IMG/VR virus record: IMGVR_UViG_3300037483_000150
Location: 1 to 33,262 of that record
Reading direction: 5' to 3' (one strand)
Source: a virus
Lineage: Duplodnaviria; Caudoviricetes
Length of the DNA stretch: 33,262 nt
The notes below the pieces were generated by a model. The model was not told where the DNA came from, did not search any database, and was given only the letters and a program-made list of their open reading frames with translations. This document shows, in pieces, positions 7,499 to 13,584 of this stretch (its first letter is position 1; the number at the start of each line of letters is the position of its first letter). Both the position numbers and the translations under genes were made by a program.

Positions 7499-7518
7499 GT
7501 TTAGCTCCGCAATTACTT
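7263..7518 (+). ncRNA. putative TnpB omegaRNA/reRNA of element A; predicted guide GUUUAGCUCCGCAAUUACUU from 7499
   Basis: 5' hairpin TGGTC-AGATA-GACCA, then GCGTGTGGAG...GTGAGAC...GTCTTGTTGAATCACGAA, resembling the tnpB 3' pattern GCCTGTGGAG...GAAGCAGGAA (from memory) with a compensatory CGTG/CACG pair. Nested hairpins and the right-end hairpin follow. Confidence 0.65.
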
Positions 7519-7591
7519 TTGTTTTTGCAGTCTTTCTCATGCTCGTCAAGTGCGTTTTGAATAGATTCTGCTTCGTTTCAATTGCTCTCAT
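7499..7591 (-). pseudogene. 5' part of a small ORF interrupted by element A
   Basis: 31 codons (MRAIETK...IAELN) run exactly to the element end. Joining 7499 to 7176 gives ...AELNINTKG* ending 3 nt before the recombinase ATG. The 113-aa ORF in the track reads through the element. Confidence 0.5.
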
Positions 7592-7594
7592 TGC

Positions 7595-7783
7595 TTATTT
7601 CTCCTTTTGTTGTTGTTCTCTTTCATGGGTAATTCCACCTGTAAATCCTTTAAAAAACCATTCACGGCAAAGGTCAATTAACTTGTCTTCTAGTTCATGG
7701 TCTTCGTAAAATCTAAAGCAGTGCTTCACTTGGCTTTCTATTTTATCGATTATCCTTATTTCTAATTCGCTACTCATGCTCAT
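7595..7783 (-). CDS. small early hypothetical protein
   Basis: ORF 7595-7801 in the track. Likely start at internal ATG (MSMSSELEIR). Confidence 0.55.
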   Translation of the reverse strand: MSMSSELEIRIIDKIESQVKHCFRFYEDHELEDKLIDLCREWFFKGFTGGITHEREQQQKEK

Positions 7784-7946
7784 GGCCTGTATAGGTATCA
7801 ATGCCTTTTTCAGCTTTTTCTATTGCTTCATACATTTGATTAAATCCGATATCTTTTAAGCAAATACTTACTCTATCGCCAAATTTAATTACTCCACCAC
7901 GAGCCAAGCAATTAAAATCATCCTGGTCTAAGCTTATGTACTCCAT
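7770..7946 (-). CDS. small early hypothetical protein (58 aa, MEYISLDQDDFNCLARGG...), not in ORF track
   Basis: GAGGGGG SD, TAATG coupling, open to TAG at 7770. Confidence 0.6.
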   Translation of the reverse strand: MEYISLDQDDFNCLARGGVIKFGDRVSICLKDIGFNQMYEAIEKAEKGIDTYTGHEHE

Positions 7947-8023
7947 TATTTCCCCCTCTTTTTAATCCAATTACCTACTGCCATGCCGATAAAAATCATC
8001 ATTAATCCAAATATTGCCGTCAT
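7946..8023 (-). CDS. 25-aa single-pass membrane peptide MTAIFGLMMIFIGMAVGNWIKKRGK, not in ORF track
   Basis: GAGGAGGG SD, TAATG-coupled at both ends, hydrophobic core with basic tail. Confidence 0.55.
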   Translation of the reverse strand: MTAIFGLMMIFIGMAVGNWIKKRGK

Positions 8024-8226
8024 TAAAATACCCTCCTCAATCCTTCAACCATATCTTTAATCAGATAGGCCATATCTTCGTTTGGAATGCCTTCGTATTG
8101 CACTACAGGCCAGCAATCTTGAATATTATCATCTGTTGCTAAAGCATTCATGAAGTCGTCAAAGCTCATGTTTTCAGGCCATTCACTAAAATAATGACCG
8201 ACTGCGTATAATTCGTATTTATCCAT
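8023..8226 (-). CDS. small acidic early protein
   Basis: 67-aa ORF, TAATG-coupled in the leftward early operon. Confidence 0.65.
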   Translation of the reverse strand: MDKYELYAVGHYFSEWPENMSFDDFMNALATDDNIQDCWPVVQYEGIPNEDMAYLIKDMVEGLRRVF

Positions 8227-8408
8227 TACAAGTACCCCTGTGTTTTTTGTACATATTCTTCAAGTAATGAAACTCTGGTTTGTAGAACATTAATTAAGTC
8301 GTAAGCTTCATTTACTAATCGTGTTACCATGCTCAAAGCTTCGTGATAACTAACGCCTAACTCATACTCAACCTTGTTTAAGTCTATTTTTACTAATCTC
8401 AACCCCAC
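8226..8408 (-). CDS. small early hypothetical protein (coiled-coil-like)
   Basis: 60-aa ORF coupled to the downstream gene. Confidence 0.55.
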   Translation of the reverse strand: MGLRLVKIDLNKVEYELGVSYHEALSMVTRLVNEAYDLINVLQTRVSLLEEYVQKTQGYL

Positions 8409-8507
8409 CCCAAAGATAAAACCTCAATTATTCCTATCAAAACCCCAAAAACCACCCCAAAGATACACCAGCACCCTAAACTTCAAGGGGCTGACCTATT
8501 GAGAGGG

Positions 8508-8693
8508 CTATTCGTCAACGTAAGCAACTCCGTTTCCACCCTCTTTGTCAAACGCAATGAAACTACCATCCCTAAACCTTCGCATGTAACCAACATCAAA
8601 TATTGGCGTACTTTGATATTCAATATCAGGATGGTTGAGCGACTGGTTATAATCGCTCTTGCCTTCACTGATTAATTTTTCTGCTATTCTCAT
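8508..8693 (-). CDS. small early hypothetical protein
   Basis: 61-aa ORF, ATGA-coupled to the upstream gene. Confidence 0.6.
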   Translation of the reverse strand: MRIAEKLISEGKSDYNQSLNHPDIEYQSTPIFDVGYMRRFRDGSFIAFDKEGGNGVAYVDE

Positions 8694-8893
8694 GCTGCCA
8701 TCACCTTACGGACGAACGCACAAGCGTCATGTTCCGCGCAATTCTTCATGTACTCCATAAACTTGTCATATCCGCTTTGTTCAGTCTTTAAGGCTAAAAC
8801 CATGCTTAAATAGCCGATTACAGCATCATCGCTTTTATTGCCAGTGATATCACAATCGCTGATTGCCTCTTTTAAAGTTTCATATAAATTCAT
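8690..8893 (-). CDS. small early hypothetical protein
   Basis: 67-aa ORF in the operon. Confidence 0.6.
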   Translation of the reverse strand: MNLYETLKEAISDCDITGNKSDDAVIGYLSMVLALKTEQSGYDKFMEYMKNCAEHDACAFVRKVMAA

Positions 8894-8895
8894 GG

Positions 8896-9186
8896 CTATT
8901 CTTCCTCGTCATCAATATTATTTTCATCTTTACGGCAATACATGGTCGCGCCTTCATCCGCATAATAGTTTGCTCGTTCCGCTTCCGTCATATCGCTGAA
9001 ATGTATCTCGTCAAACTCTTCGCCTTCCCACTCACTAACACCGCAACGAAACGCGATAGGGTCAAGATTGCGAAGCGCATGGCCTTGGTCATAATTAAAT
9101 CCGCATATGCTTACAGGCTCATAGCATTCGTTTAACTGCTCTTCGTACATGTCTTCAAGCTCATGGTAAAAGTATAATGTTCTCAT
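8896..9186 (-). CDS. highly acidic first early protein (possible DNA mimic/anti-defence)
   Basis: About 27 D/E versus 6 K/R in 96 aa. GAGG SD. First gene after the long non-coding region. Confidence 0.65.
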   Translation of the reverse strand: MRTLYFYHELEDMYEEQLNECYEPVSICGFNYDQGHALRNLDPIAFRCGVSEWEGEEFDEIHFSDMTEAERANYYADEGATMYCRKDENNIDDEEE

Positions 9187-9218
9187 TGTGTGACATCCTC
9201 ATATCGTTGAAAGATTGC

Positions 9219-9247
9219 ATTACAACATACCTTGCAATACTTGTCAA
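9219..9247 (-). promoter_or_regulatory. candidate early promoter for the leftward operon
   Basis: TTGACA-N17-TGTAAT on the minus strand with an A/T-rich UP-like tract upstream (9250-9280). Confidence 0.45.
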
Positions 9248-9569
9248 CTAATTTTATAAACAAATTTTGTTTTTTATTGTTATTGGGGGTAGCTCGCACG
9301 CTTACTATTAACAAGCCGTTGAGGCATTGAGATTCAATTTCAATTTGATGTCGGTAGTGGGAGGGGGGTACAGGGTTTTTGGGTCGGTATGGGTCATCCG
9401 GTGGGCTACAACTTTCTCAGTAAGGCCACCAGTCGTTTTCGGAACTGCGTGAAATTTAGGCAATTGGGAACTCTTTTTGTTAATAGGAAGGTGAGGTCTT
9501 GACATTCCCCCCATTCCATCGTGTATATTCAGGCGGTCGGGGTGGTTAGGTAGTGATGACATCCTTGCA

Positions 9570-9668
9570 TAATATTTAAACAGCTCGACACTAATTTTAT
9601 GTGATAGGACTAGGGTATACTATGTCTGATTATATTAATAATCGGATTTATCAATAGGGTGGGGTATG
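9570..9668 (+). repeat. 99-bp perfect inverted repeat, left copy
   Basis: TAATATTTAAACAGCTCG...TAGGGTGGGGTATG is the exact reverse complement of 33164-33262. Confidence 0.95.
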
Positions 9669-9673
9669 GCACA

Positions 9674-10009
9674 ATGAGTGATTTTGAAACACGCAATCAA
9701 GAAGCATGGGATAAAATTAAAGCTGAGAAAGAGATTCAAAGAAAACTCAAAATAGAAGCTGGTATATATGTTCCTCCAAGGGATGTAGAAATATTTTGTC
9801 AATATCTTGAAGATTGTGCTCTTGAAATAAGTCACACAGAATTAAATATAAGATACCTGGCTGAAATGTGCGGTACTCTTATTCAAAAAGTAGAAGAGTT
9901 TTGGAATGAGCAAAATGAAAAAGCAAAATTAAAGCCCATTAAGGAACCCAATTTTGAACAGCAGCGTGGCGTGTCCGTTCTAGTCGATACAAATCCAACT
10001 AGAGAGTAG
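9674..10009 (+). CDS. hypothetical protein (start probably ATG 9674)
   Basis: ORF 9659-10009 in the track. MSDFETRNQ start follows the GGGTGGGG tract at the end of the inverted repeat. Convergent with terL. Confidence 0.6.
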   Translation: MSDFETRNQEAWDKIKAEKEIQRKLKIEAGIYVPPRDVEIFCQYLEDCALEISHTELNIRYLAEMCGTLIQKVEEFWNEQNEKAKLKPIKEPNFEQQRGVSVLVDTNPTRE

Positions 10010-11303
10010 TGGCGTATGTTACCGGAGCTTGAGGCTGGTCATACAGTCTGCGATAGTTTACCGCCAAATACCGAAGAGCATCCACAATGTGTGTCGCCCA
10101 GTTGTCCAGTGGTTTGCTTTTATAACACGCCCGAAGGTCGTCATATTCGCGCTGATATTCTCGAATGGCTCGCACCCCAATCTGGCAGTTTAACTTGTCA
10201 ATTCGCAGCTTTGGAAAGATGTATCGCATCGCTTCCACACCGTCTTCGAAATTTACTTTTGGAGTCACCTGAAAGAACCAACCATGTTGTCGAGCAATCA
10301 TAAGTCTTGATTCGGCTTGTTCCCATCCTTGGTGTGCTTGTTTCACGTCATGGGGCATAAAGTGATTTCCCCATCGGCAACCAAATGATTGTCTAATCTT
10401 TTCGACTTTATCAAGATACCATTTTAATCCTTGGCCTGAGTCATGGACAATGTGTAGCAGATTAATAAATTTACCTTCAAGCTGGAACATCCAGCAAGCG
10501 GTTGCGTCTGTACCGCCTAAATCCCATACGGTATGTATCGGCAGACTTGGATTTGGCTTTAGGGTTGTGATGCGCCCTTCTTGATCCATATCCGACATTT
10601 CGCGCGTGAAGTATGCTCCGATGTTTCCTACGTCAAAATCGCAATAGAACTCTTGCCTGATATGCTCCTCGGACATTCCCATTGCTTTGGCTTCGATAAT
10701 GAATGATTCAGGTATGACGCGCTGTGTGCGCTCTTCATCGAGAAATGTTTGCTCGCAGGTTAAGTGTTGGACGAAGTAACGAGGGTTGTCTCGAACGGTG
10801 TCTAGGACTTCCCATCCGTGGTTTTTTCCTCGTGGCGTGAACTGAAATATTTCGATGCCGCGATTCTGAACCAAGATGGGATTAAGATACTGGCGTGCCA
10901 AAGGGTTGTGTAAGCTAAACTCAGAGTAAATAATGGTAACGGGGTTTGTGCCCATAAGACCATTGTAATTATTACTTCCACCTAGCACCATCCTTGAACC
11001 GTTTATGAGTTCGATTTCCATTCGTGCTTCATTTTTTTTGGCAATGAGTGCGTCAGGAATTGCCGCCAAAAATGGCCGCCCATCAAAATCCATACCCTTC
11101 CAGATTACGGCTCGTGCTTGCTGGATAAGGGGAAACAGATATACATGAGTACCGACACGAGTTAAAGCACGCAATAACCATGCCTGAACTGAGATGACAT
11201 CCTTCCCGGCTCTTCGATGAATTACTGAGCAGACGTTCTTACCTTGGCGAACTGCTTGAAGAAAATCGATTTGGTAATGTCGGGGCAACATACCGTAAGG
11301 CAC
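9999..11303 (-). CDS. terL: terminase large subunit (start may be ATT 11315)
   Basis: PR.YQ, HRRAGKD Walker A, IIYSE Walker B, FTPRGKNH, QEFYC and RNase H-like WDLG..D / PHD / H..DA.RY nuclease motifs. Confidence 0.95.
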   Translation of the reverse strand: MPYGMLPRHYQIDFLQAVRQGKNVCSVIHRRAGKDVISVQAWLLRALTRVGTHVYLFPLIQQARAVIWKGMDFDGRPFLAAIPDALIAKKNEARMEIELINGSRMVLGGSNNYNGLMGTNPVTIIYSEFSLHNPLARQYLNPILVQNRGIEIFQFTPRGKNHGWEVLDTVRDNPRYFVQHLTCEQTFLDEERTQRVIPESFIIEAKAMGMSEEHIRQEFYCDFDVGNIGAYFTREMSDMDQEGRITTLKPNPSLPIHTVWDLGGTDATACWMFQLEGKFINLLHIVHDSGQGLKWYLDKVEKIRQSFGCRWGNHFMPHDVKQAHQGWEQAESRLMIARQHGWFFQVTPKVNFEDGVEAMRYIFPKLRIDKLNCQIGVRAIREYQREYDDLRACYKSKPLDNWATHIVDALRYLAVNYRRLYDQPQAPVTYATTL

Positions 11304-11316
11304 CTTAATATAAATA

Positions 11317-11700
11317 CTAAACTCCTTTAGTAATATCTATCCATATTTGTTTCTTTTTAATTAAATCCAAGCAGATAATAATCTTTCCTTCATGCTCTGG
11401 CATTCTTTCAATTGATAATTTATCTATCTGACTATCATCAGGAAATAATTCTGCATGTTGCAAAGAATCTAGCAACCCCTTAAAAAGATTGTCTAAATCC
11501 CTACGCCTTTTATCCGGTGGGTACGCTTTAATGCGCACGCGAAGTCTATCCTCAGCGACAAATAAGCCCTGATACGGATAGCACGTTTTAGCTACAAACT
11601 CCCTGTAGTCTTGACCGCGCTTGGATATAAAGTAACGACAGCCATTTCTACGCCAGTAAGTATTTGAGGTAGGTGGCCATGGAAGAGTAAGCTCAATCAT
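11317..11700 (-). CDS. rusA: RusA-family Holliday junction resolvase
   Basis: LPWPP..N.YWR, PPDKRRRDLDNL.K.LLDSL and DDSQI motifs. Confidence 0.95.
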   Translation of the reverse strand: MIELTLPWPPTSNTYWRRNGCRYFISKRGQDYREFVAKTCYPYQGLFVAEDRLRVRIKAYPPDKRRRDLDNLFKGLLDSLQHAELFPDDSQIDKLSIERMPEHEGKIIICLDLIKKKQIWIDITKGV

Positions 11701-11863
11701 TTGGAGAAAGGTCTATATCAATTCCTTGCGTTCTCAAAACGGCTTCTGCTGCTTGCTCTACTGGAGAATCATTTTTTTGAGAAATTAGATAAGCACCCAA
11801 ACCAGCAGCCGCAGCCACAATAATTATTGCAGGTTTTAAAAATTTCAAAGAGAATATGTTCAT
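11693..11863 (-). CDS. 56-aa membrane-anchored protein (holin/lysis-accessory candidate), not in ORF track
   Basis: MNIFSLKFLKPAIIIVAAAAGLGAYLISQKNDSPVEQAAEAVLRTQGIDIDLSPND. GGAG SD. Overlaps the rusA start. Confidence 0.6.
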   Translation of the reverse strand: MNIFSLKFLKPAIIIVAAAAGLGAYLISQKNDSPVEQAAEAVLRTQGIDIDLSPND

Positions 11864-11944
11864 ATAAATATCTCCATATATTTATAGGGTGGCAGCCAAA
11901 GGAAAAAAGGAAGTGGTCAAAAACCTGAGGCCGCCAGTATTTGT

Positions 11945-12112
11945 TTAGCGCAAATTACTTTGTGGCTTAACTTTTTTACCCACTTTGTTCTGTGCAGTTT
12001 CCATGCCAGTTTGATATTTTGCATCAAAATTAGGCTCATATTGCACTCTATCAGGAACAAGTGTTGGTGAGCGTCTTACTGGTGATGTGTCGCTTCTGTC
12101 GCGTCCTTTCAT
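11945..12112 (-). CDS. 55-aa basic hypothetical protein, not in ORF track
   Basis: MKGRDRSDTSPVRRSP...SNLR*. AAGGA SD, ATGA coupling. Confidence 0.55.
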   Translation of the reverse strand: MKGRDRSDTSPVRRSPTLVPDRVQYEPNFDAKYQTGMETAQNKVGKKVKPQSNLR

Positions 12113-12243
12113 TTTTTCGTCCTTGGTTTAGTTTTTCTTTCAGGAAGTTTTTTCCCTTTAGGAGTTTCTGACTCAAATTCTTTTGCAAGCTTTGGGTCTT
12201 TCGCATACAACGCTCTGCGTTGAGATTGTGAGACGAAAGACAT
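12109..12243 (-). CDS. 44-aa basic phage protein, not in ORF track
   Basis: MSFVSQSQRRALYAKDPKLAKEFESETPKGKKLPERK...; resembles a recurrent small phage family (MPF.S..QRR..YA..P..AKE....TPKGKKLP). TAATG-coupled. Confidence 0.6.
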   Translation of the reverse strand: MSFVSQSQRRALYAKDPKLAKEFESETPKGKKLPERKTKPRTKK

Positions 12244-12434
12244 TACCAGTTCGCCTGACTTGAACGTCCACGCATTGCCATGCTTTCATCACGAGAAGCT
12301 TTTTTAGCCATGCCAACTTCTCCAAAACTTGCGCCAACTGCCCTAGAATCAGAATACCCTGCATCTTTCATTACTTCAATATTGTGACGCATTCCTTTTC
12401 CTGATTCAGCTTTTTTTCCTTTCAGCAGTTTCAT
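12243..12434 (-). CDS. small basic late protein
   Basis: 63 aa, AGGAG SD; L.KG......NI..M..AG....AV pattern common in phage late regions. Confidence 0.6.
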   Translation of the reverse strand: MKLLKGKKAESGKGMRHNIEVMKDAGYSDSRAVGASFGEVGMAKKASRDESMAMRGRSSQANW

Positions 12435-12463
12435 TTCCTATCTCCTAATTATTATTTTATAAT

Positions 12464-12727
12464 TTACCCTACTTGGTCTTTAATTGCATCTATCGAAGTC
12501 TTGTCTCCAGTAGAACAAAATCTCCACATAGCCTTTATCATTTCTTCTCTTAGCGGCAAAGAATCAACTGGATCAGGAATAATAACGGGTTCGATAAATT
12601 GTTCATTGCTATAGGCCCATTCAGTAGTGCAATTATCGGGACAATCCATCCATTTATAATCGGGATGAACTTCAAATTCATTTGCGGAAACTTGTACAAT
12701 CTGATTGTTTTTAATCAAAGCTTTCAT
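12464..12727 (-). CDS. tail-fibre-associated small protein (assembly chaperone-like)
   Basis: MKALI.N..IVQV...EFEVHP...W.DCPD.....W.Y....F..P pattern, directly after a fibre gene. Confidence 0.6.
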   Translation of the reverse strand: MKALIKNNQIVQVSANEFEVHPDYKWMDCPDNCTTEWAYSNEQFIEPVIIPDPVDSLPLREEMIKAMWRFCSTGDKTSIDAIKDQVG

Positions 12728-12736
12728 ATTATGTCC

Positions 12737-13570
12737 TTAAATAAATTCTATAATTTCTATATAGCCACCACCTCCAACACCGCCAGTTTGAGCAGCAGCG
12801 GTCGTTAATGAACCTGCGCCACTCCCTCCTGCACCATTGGCGGCTGTAGATGAGCCGGAAGCAGTTGCGTTGATTACTGGTGAACCACCGCCTCCATAGA
12901 AAGATGAAGCGCCAAAACCAGATGCTAAAGAACTTCCAGAATTGCCTGCTAGAGCTACCCCCCCAGGAGCACCACGAAAATTGTTATAACCACCAGAACC
13001 TACTGCACCACCAGCTCCAATAGTTGAGGTTGGAAGGAGCGCGCCTCTTGCTGGCCCTTGACCACCACCAGTTCCACCATTAGTGGTTATTAATGCACCA
13101 AGCGACGTAACACCACCTGTGCCACCAGTACCGCCAGAACCAGCAGTACCACCAGCACCAATAGTAACCGCTTGTGATGCGCCAATCGTAGCGGCTGAAA
13201 ATAATCCTTCGGAGAATGAACCTGAACCGCCGCCATTTCCTGCTGAGGCTGTTGCACCAGCATTTGCATCAGCTCCACCTCCGCCACCACCACCAGCAAC
13301 CGCACGCACGATACAAAACTTCATTCCAGAGGTCGGGGTATATGTTCCGCTGGTACTAAATGTTTGTGTTGCAATGGTTGTAAAAGCAACATCAGGAATT
13401 TGTGCATCAATATAAGCCTTAATACTTTCGCTACTTGCAGCCACGCTTGCGCTCGCAGTAGCAAAACTATCATCATCAATCATACCAGTAATGGTTGTGC
13501 TTGAACCCAAGTTTAGACTTGTTCCTATAGCAACCTTGAGGTCGTTATTTATAGCATTATTTGTAGCCAC
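12737..13570 (-). CDS. glycine-rich tail fibre protein
   Basis: QTFSTSGTYTPTSG...V.AVAGGGGGGG glycine-rich domain ending G.GG.G.IEIIEF. N-terminal IDDD.FATAS segment shared with the upstream fibre. Confidence 0.8.
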   Translation of the reverse strand: MATNNAINNDLKVAIGTSLNLGSSTTITGMIDDDSFATASASVAASSESIKAYIDAQIPDVAFTTIATQTFSTSGTYTPTSGMKFCIVRAVAGGGGGGGADANAGATASAGNGGGSGSFSEGLFSAATIGASQAVTIGAGGTAGSGGTGGTGGVTSLGALITTNGGTGGGQGPARGALLPTSTIGAGGAVGSGGYNNFRGAPGGVALAGNSGSSLASGFGASSFYGGGGSPVINATASGSSTAANGAGGSGAGSLTTAAAQTGGVGGGGYIEIIEFI

Positions 13571-13584
13571 TTTATGCTCCTTTA

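Noticed and set aside
7250-7709. ORFs 7250-7591 (-) and 7365-7709 (+) as real full-length proteins or a TnpB fragment
   Set aside because: No RuvC or zinc-finger motifs. They read through structured non-coding DNA of element A.
8405-8465. 14-bp direct repeat CCACCCCAAAGATA (8405-8418, 8452-8465)
   Set aside because: Only two copies in low-complexity C/A-rich sequence, with no supporting context for att sites or an array.
9308-9562. 84-aa minus-strand ORF in the non-coding tract
   Set aside because: Pro/His/Thr-rich translation of G-skewed DNA with no motif; likely spurious.
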